NCBI GenBank assembly: GCA_051294905.1 | Contig: CM119372.1 | Span: 15,378,001 to 15,442,000, forward strand | DNA: 64,000 bases | Reading direction: 5' to 3' | Origin: Botryllus schlosseri | Lineage: Eukaryota | Shown: positions 53,627 to 64,000 of the stretch, one piece after another | Position numbering within the stretch: position 1 is the first letter of the stretch | Layout of the letters: each line of letters opens with the position of its first letter | Notes under the pieces: model-generated | What the model saw: only the letters and a program-made list of their open reading frames with translations | Database searches by the model: none | Told to the model about the DNA's origin: nothing | Translations under genes and position numbers: made by a program

Positions 53627-54865
53627 GGGTCAAGTGTAGAATACGGCCAGTGATCCCCATGACCATCACCGATCAATGTTTCACATGAACATGTCAAAAC
53701 TCATAGTGCTTCACATGAACACGTCAAAATAAATTGTTTTTATTTTGCCTGTGGAGAGTCGGATATTAGGGTTGCCGGAGGTGGGACATTAGGGTTGCCG
53801 GAGGTGGGAGATTAGGGTTAGGGGAGGTGGGATGTTAGGGTTGCCGGAGGTGGGATATTAGGGAAGGGGGATATTAGGGTTGCCGGAGGTGGAATATTAG
53901 GGTTGAGGGAGGTGGGATATTAGGGTTAGGGGAGGTGGGATGTTAGGGTTGCCGGAGGGGGGAGATTAGGGTTATATTAGGGTTGGGGGTATATTAGGGT
54001 AGCCGGAGGGGGGAGATTAGGGTTAGGGGTATGTTAGGGTTGGGGGTATATTAGGGTAGCCGGAGGGGCTGGGGTTAGGCCATCCCAAGATTAAGGTTGG
54101 GGTGATGGATATAGATCTCCTAACCCTAATATCCCCTCCCCCAACCCTAATATCCCACCTCCGGCCACCCTAATATCCCATCTCCCCTAACCCTAATATC
54201 CCACCTCCCCCAACCCTAATATTCCACCTCCGGCAACCCTAATATCCCATCTCCGGCAACCCTAATATCCCACCTACGGCAACCCTAATATCCCCTCCCC
54301 CAACCCTAATATCCCACCTCCGGCCACCCTAATATCCCACCTCCCCTAACCCTAATATCCCACCTCCCCCAACCCTAATATTCCACCTCCGGCAACCCTA
54401 ATATCCCATCTCCGGCAACCCTAATATCCCACCTCCGGCAACCCTAATATCCCACCTCCGGCCACCCTAATATCCCACCTTCCCCAACCCTAATATCCCA
54501 TCTCCGGCCACCCTAATATCCCCCTCCCCCAACCCTAATATCCCACCTCCGGCAATCCTAATATCCCCCTCCCCCAACCCTAATATCCCACAACCGGCAA
54601 CCCTAATATCCCACCTCCGGCAACCCTAATATCCCACCTCCGGCAACCCTAATATCCCACCTCCGGCAACCCTAATATTCCCAGCATCCCTGCTCCCCCA
54701 ACCCTAATAGCCCCTCCGACAACCCTAATATCCGTCAGTCCGTCACGCCACAGGAAAGAAAAACAATTTATTTTGATGTGTTCATGGGAAGCATTTGTTG
54801 GTGTAATGTGAAACAATGATCTGTGATGGTCATGGGGATCACTGGCCGTATTCTACACTTGACCC
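53627..54865. mobile_element. Foldback (Merlin-like?) element made of inverted TTAGGG-containing ~23-bp minisatellite
   Basis: TIR GGGTCAAGTGTAGAATACGGCCAGTGATCCCCATGACCATCAC; 8-bp TSD ACGATTAC. (ATATTAGGGTTGCCGGAGGTGGG)n is followed by its reverse complement. Confidence 0.9.
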
Positions 54866-54871
54866 ACGATT

Positions 54872-54905
54872 ACCCCTGACGAGTGTCAGCCGAAAATATT
54901 CGGGT
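54872..54905 (+). ncRNA. Minimal type I hammerhead ribozyme motif (second intact copy)
   Basis: Identical to 53442-53475. Confidence 0.8.
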
Positions 54906-55234
54906 TCATTTTAATATGAATATACTATTCAATTGTATACGTAATAAGTGTAGCCTACGTCCGTGTATATTGATGGCAAGCTTAAAAAATCCCACATCGG
55001 CTTACCGTTTATTTTTGAAATATATTATAATTCTCGTATAGATATGCTAGATCTATAAAATTACCAAAAATTCTGCGTTGTATGTATTGTGGTGGCACAA
55101 TTTCAACCTGAATGATTTTACCGCATCCTGGATTGTACAGCCCATGGTATGCAGCGCTGTTTCTTTGAGGGAGGAGCACCAGTATACTGTTCTCTTTATC
55201 ATCTTTCTTGATGTGATTGGCTGTAAGTTCACCC

Positions 55235-55783
55235 ATGGTAAAGAGAAGTATTGCAGACTCTTCAAGTTCACTGTTGCATGGAAAAGACAGACCGAAACAG
55301 AGTCGATATTTCACTCGTAGAAGTACACCAGTCAATCCGCATTTAGTCACAAAGAGATTGGCATGGATTCCCCCGAAATCGCCTTACAAGCTTATTCAAG
55401 AGACTTTGTTTCATGACCCATGGAAATTGCTTATTGCAACAATATTTTTAAATAAAACCTCTGCAACTCTAGCAATCCCTGTTTTATGGAAATTTCTTGA
55501 ACTGTATAGAACACCCGAATCCGTGCAGCCGAGCAGTCGTCATCATATAAGTGAATTACTACAACCACTGGGATTGAATGATTTACGTGCCAATACTATT
55601 GTTAAGTTCTCGAAAGAATACTTGAGCAAAGATTGGAAATATCCCATTGAACTCTACGGCATTGGAAAATATGGCAATGACTCGTATCGGATATTTTGCG
55701 TCAACGAATGGAAACACGTGAAGCCCCGAGACCATAAGTTGAATCTCTATCATGACTGGCTTAAAGACAATGCTCCATATTGA
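55235..55783 (+). CDS. MBD4: MBD4-type G:T/U mismatch DNA glycosylase (HhH-GPD domain only), intronless
   Basis: [32 protein letters not shown]…LQPLGL…[20 protein letters not shown]…[11 protein letters not shown]; in-frame stop at 55214-16 upstream of ATG 55235. Confidence 0.93.
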   Translation: MVKRSIADSSSSLLHGKDRPKQSRYFTRRSTPVNPHLVTKRLAWIPPKSPYKLIQETLFHDPWKLLIATIFLNKTSATLAIPVLWKFLELYRTPESVQPSSRHHISELLQPLGLNDLRANTIVKFSKEYLSKDWKYPIELYGIGKYGNDSYRIFCVNEWKHVKPRDHKLNLYHDWLKDNAPY

Positions 55784-56024
55784 AGATACTATTACTTACT
55801 TTAAGTAGTAGTCTTATCATTTTGTTATCCATTATTTTGAGGTGGAAACCCAAGTTTTGTGTCCAATCTTGGGTGTCCCTGCAATCATGTATAGTTATGT
55901 TGATATGTTAAGCCTCAAATATATATCGATATTGACTTAATATCATGTGATTATGCCGATATTGTCCATTTTGTAGTATTAATTCTAGTCTACAACAGTT
56001 CTCCACTAGAAATGTGCACCTAGT

Positions 56025-59000
56025 ATGGCTGGGAAGATTGAAAGGTCAAACTTCCTGGGTAGCTCTATGCCCATGGAAATCAAGACATGCATCAAACATT
56101 TGAATAAATGTGATGAAGATGTTGCAGTAGACTTGATAGATGGTGAGTCCCTTTGCTGCCAGTAGATTGATGACTTGAAAATATCTGTCTACTTGTACCA
56201 TGGGTGTATAGGCTTTGTCGGGAAATCGTTTCTTTATGCTGATTTCGTGAAATTCGGCATTAGGTCATTGCATGTCATTGCATTACCATTGAATGTGATT
56301 GGTAGAGGTGTGCTTTATCAATCTCTTGTTGCACCAGCCCAATTGAAGTGAGGTCTGATCATACAGTTCATTACATAATTTAAGTCTATGCTGCATAATA
56401 ATAACTTTACCATTAATAATATAATTGAGTCCAATTGTAGGTCAAATTTAGGGTAGCACTATGTGATATCTTAAACCTATATATTCGACAGGTTGCAGTG
56501 TGACTTTTGATAAATTATGTAAATTTAATGGTACCACATTACAATTACTATTGACTGTTTACTCTACATCCTCGTCTGTAGAGTAAGACCAGCAACTTAT
56601 GCCTGCACCCTGCATGTCTAATTATGTGGCATTCACATTCTAATCAACCAAGCTTGTTTTCAGTGGCTCGTCAACACATGCTTCAGAGTGATGACAATAT
56701 CATGGAAGAAAAATTCCAAAGCTGCTTTGAGAAGCATGGTGAAAGTGTGTATCAGATATACCCTGGAGTGTTGAAAATATTACAATTGGCGATACGACAG
56801 CCCACGTATATTTTAAGCCAAAAAGATTTTGTGAGAGACTTGAAAGAAGTGAAGTATGTCAGCACAGTGTTGGCATTAGATTTCTTTGGTAACATCATTT
56901 TATTTTCAGTTTTCCAGAGAAACATCGGAAGCGCCTTGAAAATCTTGCGTTTGGCGATGACAGAGTAGCTATTGATAATGCCTGCCGCAATAACAGAGTT
57001 CGGTAGGTGGTTTTCAGACAAGGGTGCATGTGACGTTGTGTCTTTCTTGATTTTATACTGGTGAACTGATTTCAGGGGGATTCGAAGTAAAAATTTCTAA
57101 AGTAAGCCAAAACTCCATGATGTAGAAGTTTCCTGACGACGCATTCGCGCAGTTTTGTAAAATCGTATTCTATGGTTGTGTACCAGGTCTATGTTGGCTA
57201 CCAGTTATTATAAGACTGGTCAACACAATTTTTGTTGACTCTTATCAGACAATTTGACTAACTTTTGGGAGCTGAATTCAAAAATGACTTCCGATTTTCT
57301 CTATCACACGTCTAGTTTTTGGGTCAGGCACCCCCACATTGACTCATAACTCACATAAAAGCACTAGGCCTACTTTTAATATTCTGTGTTTATTGTATAA
57401 AACGTTTTAAAATCCACAAGCAGTCGAAAGTAAATCAATGGACTTCAAATACATATTTGCACCGCTTTATTTGGTTGATTTAAACTGATATTGCTTCTGC
57501 GGGACAAATAAAGTGCGAGTTTCAGGGTCCTAATTTACGCTAATAACCCATAATTCTGTAGGTTGTCTCCTTTGATACTCGAGTAATAGTCAGCTAACAT
57601 ATGTAAGCTTCAATCTACTCTGGTATCTTACCTACATCGTCTTCAGATATTGGGGGACAATTTATCCTTGCCCACCTCCGACTACGGTTTGTCAAGGTTT
57701 TCCAGGAAATTATTTGGATATTTTAGATTATTTGAATGTCTGCTGTCAGACATAAACATATGACAGTGGCAGCTGGCAGTTACATGTTAGGCCTACATGT
57801 ACAATGTGCATCCTTATTGTCTGGCCACGAAGAAAACACAATATTTCAAAGCTTATACGTATGATTCAATCGAACTTGTGATACTGCAACAATTCAATGT
57901 TTCTGTATTACTCTCAATGTTTCTGCATTATTCTTGAGTATGCAATTGTTGCTGCACCTAAGACGTTGCCATTTCGGAAAATGTCACACTTTATGGTCCT
58001 TTTTGAGCTATCTATCGACTTTTGCCATTCACTTGATTTGTAAATCGGGATTCCTAACTCCTCCAGCAATCCATGGTAACTGTATCGTGCCAATGCCAGT
58101 ATCGTGGCAATACACAGAGCTACCAAAAGTAACCCTAAGATGAAAACGACTTTTATCATGATCGAAAGTGAGGTATCTTCTCTTTTGCCGAGTAATCTTA
58201 TCTCAATTTGCAAGGATGCTAAAAGTTCCGAATATTTCTATTCCAAGTCCTAAAGCCTATGTCAGATCATTTAACTTGTGTTGATGGACTACTTTACGTT
58301 CTGAATCATCTTCGATTTCAAAATCTTCATCATTAGGACTGCTATCCCTAAGATCTTCATCTTGTTCCAATTTATCAAGCGTATAGTTTAAAGCTACACT
58401 GGATAAGGTTGATGGGACATTGGATCTATAGCTGATAGTAAATGTAATGATTATTTTTCTTGCCATATCCTGCAGTTTGCATCAGATATGGGTCTGAATC
58501 ATCCTCGGGTAATTGGATCCGCTAACCAAAAATGGGTGAAAGCATCTGCCTAGATCGATACAACACACCAGTACCTTTTTTCTTAATAATTCAATTGAGC
58601 CCTTGGCTATATTATTATATGATAAAAGTGTGGGTTTTTATATGCTATAGAAAAGTAATATGGCTAAATTTGCATATTTTGGGCATATGTCATAGAGCAA
58701 AAAATTGACGTGATAGAAAAAATTTTGAACGAAAACTTGAGGGGTCCGTAGCAGTCTAAAAGGGGTCAAAAGAAAAAAAAGATTGTCTTAGAGATTGTCG
58801 AAGAAAGTTGTTGAGGCTCAAGTAGAAGTAATGTCATGTATTTAATGTCAATTGTGGTTGCCCGACATATGAGCATGCGACACAATGGAAAACGACAGTT
58901 CAGCATGGAACACATCAGCATGCGTCACTTCAGCATGTGACTGTATAACCCAAAAACTAACCCGAAACATAGCCCTGAAATTGACCCTGATATATATCCT

Positions 59001-60729
59001 AACCTAAAGCCTAACCCAACCATAACTCCAACCCTAACCTACCCCTAACCCGTAATTTAACCGACATGCTCATGTGTCACATGCCAAATTGTTGCATGCC
59101 GAACTGTCGCATGCAGTAATGTCGAATGTCCACGGACCGGCAAGTGCAAGTAGTAGTGATTTTCAGGACGTGTCAAGCAAGGATTGTAACCAAGTCACAA
59201 GGTTCCTAGTCGCAAGTCAATTTCACTTTTATGGTTGTGACTGTAGTCATTTTCAATTCACCACCGTGTCTAGTCCAAGTTCAAGCAGGCGAGCAGAGAT
59301 TTGAGTCATATGACTCTAGTCCAAGTCATTGTGTTCACTGTTAGGTTTCGAGTTTGAATCTTGTTAAACCTACTTTTAACAAATCTACTTAAGGATATCG
59401 AATGTTTCGCATGCATAATATGCTAATTATCCTCACTTTTAACAGTTTCTGGTCATATTTCAAGTACCAATACTAATAGAAGAAATGCCAATAACATGGT
59501 ACCTTTACTATTCATCGATATTACAATGAAATGTCGGTGTTTGGTGTCCGATTTTCGAGTCATACCAAAAAATCGCGACTCGAGTCATTACAACCCTGTG
59601 TTGTAAAAACGATTGGTTGAAAACGTACTCAAATCAGTACTTTGAAAAATTAGATTGGGATAACATGCATATTGACGCCACTAATGACCGCGCAATTCTC
59701 AAAAATATATTCTGCTGCCATAATACATGGTCAATATCGCTAGTTGTTATGACTACTTGGCAAATCGAAAAAGGTAGTAGTCTGACTTGTACACTGTTGA
59801 AGTGGAAGTAGTCTAAACGTGGCTACTGTTCAAAGTAAACTCTAAATTTAATTACAACAAACGCATTTTGAATGTTATATTGGAAACTTCATTTCATAGT
59901 GTCTTTTTGACTCTAGATATTTACATGTGGTTCTATTGAAGTTTCTGCAAGGAGAAGCTCGCGAAGTCCTGTTAAAAACCACTAACTTGATTGTTAATAT
60001 TTGGCATCCTTGAATGAAATGCAAGTCGCTATTTACCATTACCATTGCCTCTATTATACTATTATAATAAGTGTCACTTATTTGCATTGTCCGAATTTAA
60101 CAAAGTTTGTTTAAAAAAATTCATAGCTTTTGCATAATAACTTGTCCGAAATGAGTTGTAGGCAACTTTAAACAATTTTTTATGGCACTTGCGCGCACCA
60201 TTATGACACACGCCCAAAGTAGACCATGAACTTTCAATTGTGACACCTACAAAAATATGTTCCAGACTTCTAAATACATTTAAAATTTCTTCTTTTGTTT
60301 CTCCAATTAATGGACAATTGCCCAACTTGGAATTGAGATATAAAATTCTAGAAACTCACCACGGACCGGTACCGATCCCCGGACCGGCGGTTGAAAGCCA
60401 CTGCATTAGACGACATTACAGTGTTTTCCATCTCAGATATGCCACCCTAAATTCATTTCGTTGGAGAGTCGATGTTGCTATTTCTTCTGGTGCTTTGAAA
60501 CGATTACTGGAGCCATCAATTGTAATGGAATTGGAAACAAGTGATGGCAAAGCGCAGCTTTTTGAGGTTGGTGTCATATTATATTACAAGTTCTCTTTTG
60601 CACATGTGTCTGCCTTTCAAACTCCAGGTCTCAAAGCAAGAATTCCACGACCTGAGATACTCTGTTGCAAATGTGCTGAAGCAGATGCAGCGGATGGAAA
60701 AGCGATCTGTTTTACAGATCAAGTCGTGA
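56025..60729 (+). CDS. COMMD5: COMM domain-containing protein 5; exons 56025-56142, 56664-56853, 56910-57002, 60437-60566, 60628-60729
   Basis: The spliced frame reads MAGKIERSNFLGSSMPME…LQLAIRQP…FRWRVDVAISSGALKRLLEPSIVMEL…FEVSKQEFHDLRYSVANVLKQM*. All junctions are GT-AG with compatible phases. Confidence 0.9.
57214..58740 (-). mobile_element. Decayed Chapaev3-like transposon in COMMD5 intron 3
   Basis: Minus-strand remnants KLNDL…, GLLEELGIPIYKSSEWQKSIDSSKRTIKC..RNGN; same terminus family (ACTGGTCAACACA) as 51776. Confidence 0.75.
58862..59135. repeat. Dispersed repeat with CAGCATG subrepeats and degenerate CCTAACC core
   Basis: A similar element with the core in the opposite orientation lies at ~4945-5125. 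Confidence 0.5.
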
Positions 60730-60870
60730 CTAAATCAGCTGTAGTTGCATTGCAGTGCTTGTGCAATATGTTATTTTATTTTGTAAGAATGAAAAATAAA
60801 TCTTTTGCGTAACAGTACTTACTTTTCATTCAGTGTGCGTGTATGCCTCTTTTTTACTGCGCCTATAAGC

Positions 60871-61842
60871 CAGCGGTTCTCAACCTTTTTGGACACGCGC
60901 CATCCTTGGCGATGATTAAAAAAATCGCGCCCCCTGACCCCCCTTACATTTATCGTCATGTCAAAAAGAGCACATCATCTAATACAGAGGTGGGCAACCT
61001 TTCTGCTAATCATGGCCGCATTTCGATGACTTATGTAGCCTAAGGCCGCATTCCAGGGCATAGCCGCAATGAACGATCTGGACGCAAAATACCTATGATA
61101 AACTGTCCATATCCATTCCCGGTGAACTCCGGACTATTCTACTTTTCACAACGGCCAATTGTACGCACCGAAATCGCGAGTGGCATTGTAATGAATAGTT
61201 GCTGGGAGTGCATATTGTCGCGCTGAGCGCGAAAATGTTTCAGAGCCGCGAATGAATTGTTATTTCTTGAGGATTCCCATTCCTGCTCCAATTAAGAAGG
61301 GCGCTACTGCATTAAAATCGAAAAATGAAGTCTTGTTGAATTGCGCGGAGCGCGAAGAAAATTTCAAGATTAAATAAAATCTCTCGAAAATTCGGGAGTG
61401 AATTCGTAATTGCAATTTGCATGTCTACGGCTGCAAACACATACTAATTGAATTAGGCGTCGACGTGCAACCTATATTGCATTTAAGTCTGTCTTAGGCA
61501 GTGCAGTTCGCCAGCTACCTAGCGCACAGAGATTTGAGCTACTGACAAAGCTATAAAGTAATGAATGACTTGCACGTAGGAATTTCTCTAAATCTTCAAA
61601 GAATATCAAAAATTTGCTCAGATGAAGTTGAAGTCAGCCTATACTCCGCTGAGCGCTACTGCTGGCGTTTGAGTTTGGCAAGCTTTCTAGAATACGAATT
61701 AAGTTTAATCTTCAATAATCGTCTCTTCAGAATGGTTGTGAAACACATGTTTAGTCACAATTTATACAGACATTGAAAAAATTGACAAAAATTTCTCGCC
61801 CCCCCCTGAGAGCCTCCGCACCCCCCACGTTGACAACCCCTG
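60871..61842. mobile_element. Nested hAT (Charlie-like) remnants
   Basis: Ends CAGCGGTTCTCAACC (60871), CAGAGGTGGGCAACC (60984) and GTTGACAACCCCTG (61842); TSD not matching. Confidence 0.55.
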
Positions 61843-62139
61843 ACCTAGGCCAAGGTGGGTGTCTGATCTTAAAGACTACTCCAAGTTTTTTCGACACCTT
61901 CCCATCTTTTGATTGTATCGCAGTTTTGGGGTGCGTTGAAAAACTGACTGACTGACTGCGTTGCAAAATCTTGTCGCGGGCTGCGAGTTGTTGGCGCCTG
62001 GATGGGTTGTCGTGACAAAGTCACAAGCCAATCTCACTTTTATGGTTTGGAATCAGGTTGAGTCGAGTCGAGTCAGATTGAAACTACTCGATATGAAGAC
62101 GGAGATGACGAGGTGCCCCATAGAGCTTCTCTTCATTAA

Positions 62140-64000
62140 AGGTCAACTGCATCTTCAAAATGACTTTACCTTATTTCGTACATTATGTGGTTAGGAATAT
62201 GAATAAAATAATGAAAATTTAAAATACCTTATAGTATTCAAGTAATTTAAATTATAAATCGAAAAGCTGAAAAACGGATATGAAATCATTCAGCTATGAA
62301 ATGACGTCATGTGAGTTACACAGCAAAAGTCCTGGTAAGGTAAACAGATAGCTATTCGTGTTGGGATTGATTTTGATACTGGATTTGATTGTGAATATGG
62401 AAGGTATGAAGAAGATGAGGCACGGAGGTACATCTTGTGTCGCGTATGGTTGCTCCAATACGCGATATTCGGTACCCAAAGTGTCTTTTCATCGCTGTCC
62501 AAACCCTATTACTGGAGAGGATTATGAAGACTGTGTGAAAGTGATATGACTGATATCCAATCCCTGTCAAGAGATGATAGCTTTCACCCAACAGAGTTAG
62601 ATGGCGAGTCAGAGTGAGTACTTGAACAGTGTAATCATATTTATACCAAGTCTTCACCAATATATTGATTTGCAGGCATTCAGATTCAGAGGAATGTCTG
62701 GAGAATAGCAAGACCCAGTTTGTGATTGTGTGTGGGCAGAAATAAGCTGATGGGCATTTTTCAACATTGTCCAATGTGTCAATCAGAGTCGGACGTGCAA
62801 GAGTCTGGTTTGGTGCATGGCTGTTCTACAAGAAGAACAGCTGAAAGTTGTGGAAATTGTAACTGACCGGCACCCACAGATTCCAAAGCATATCAGAGAA
62901 ACACATCCAGAAATAAAACATACATTTGACACGTGGCATCTTGCAAAAGGTGAGACTGGCTATCTATTCTAAACAGTCACTCTTTTCCATTCACGCATCA
63001 TACAATCCACCAGGTTTCCGCAAGAAGCTGTTGGCACTATCAAATCGAGCTGACTGCAGAAAAATTCGGCACTGGATCAAAGCTATTACGAGTCAAGTTT
63101 ATTTTTGCGCACGCCGTGGTGATGGAGACCCAGATTTGTCATTGGAAATCTGGCGAGCAGTTGCTAATCATAAATGTTCATCAGCAACCAGCACTCTACT
63201 TCGTCTGAACATACAGAACTGCTGGAACCAAGGTTATTGTTTCATCAAGGTAAGGTGATTTACGGGTGGTGTAGATGCCGTTACATCCTATAAAGATGAA
63301 ATTGCCTACTTGACTGTATCAAAAAGAAACAAACTGCTCCATTCAGCATATATACATGATACATATCTAGGCCTAAATTTAAGTTGAATGAATAGCATCT
63401 TTGATTCTGTTGTTTACCATTATGACAATCCATTTTCAGATTCATTGGCATATGAAAGGATTTTCGATGTTCTCTACTCCATGTGAATGGAAAATGACAT
63501 ACGCCATCTATCGCCGAATGGAAACACTGCTGGAAGTGAACCCTTCAATGCCCTCCTCAATCATTTCTGCCCAAAGTTATATCAATACAACCATAACAGT
63601 CAAAAAGCCAGGTAGGTACCTTGCAGTGTCTCGGCTATTCAAAACAACCTATATCAGATTTTGGCATAATTACTAGCCTCATCAATTATGCATTTTTTGT
63701 AGGATGCAGTTGGCAATTCTGCATTTCAATGAAAATTGCTCGAAAACTCGGAAAATGTCGAAAGGAGCACCGCGGTACTGTGTCAAATACCCGAAGTACA
63801 AAAATGGGAATGTACGGTCCACAAGATACTTTTAAATTCAACATTTGGTAACTGCCGTTGATATGACTGCATCATAAGATTTCGTCATATTGTTATCCAT
63901 GTTCTGGATTACTGCAATGAGCTTGTCGAAGAAGTTCAAGCACTCATCAGAACTGGACCAGAAACTGTTGAGTTGAGTGATTGTGATGAGACCGTTCCAC
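62140..64000 (+). mobile_element. Decayed Kolobok-like transposon (THAP plus intron-containing transposase)
   Basis: TTAA|AGGTCAACTGCA left end; THAP start CVAYGCSN…SFHRCP; motifs VTDRHPQIPKHIRE…HTFDTWHLAK, WIKAITSQVYFCA and FNALLNHFCPK…RMQLAILHFNEN; frames are broken. Confidence 0.75.

Noticed and set aside
53760..54735. Telomere-telomere fusion scar
   Set aside because: The TTAGGG motifs are embedded in a 23-bp unit bounded by TIRs and a TSD, which indicates a transposon.
57126..57186. Alternative COMMD5 exon (FPDDAFAQFCKIVF…)
   Set aside because: Its phase is incompatible with the strong donor at 56854. Exon 56910-57002 already fits the frame and the homology.
60240..60812. 190-aa ORF as a standalone gene
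   Set aside because: It is read-through of intron and TE sequence around COMMD5 exon 4.

Overview
AT-rich eukaryotic DNA with about 60-nt GT-AG introns and dense, nested transposable elements. An invertebrate, probably an ascidian, is inferred from gene compactness and an 18S fragment. The left 41 kb is a large inverted duplication: 1-~15490 mirrors ~37950-~19710. It holds two tail-to-tail copies of an unrecognised gene of roughly 50 mostly phase-0 small exons, with an expanded two-exon module. Comparing the arms shows filled and empty TE sites, a precise intron presence/absence, an in-frame LINE-tail insertion and conversion-like identical tracts. The right part holds a tandem array (47.5-50.5 kb) derived from a 47-aa coding repeat by a 16-bp frameshifting deletion, so that most units now read as ATG-initiated small ORFs. 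It also carries Penelope-type repeats with minimal hammerhead ribozyme motifs, a foldback element built of TTAGGG-containing minisatellite, and an intronless MBD4 glycosylase ORF just upstream of a 5-exon COMMD5. Decayed Chapaev3, hAT and Kolobok transposons fill the rest. All alignments and family calls were made by eye, without database searches.
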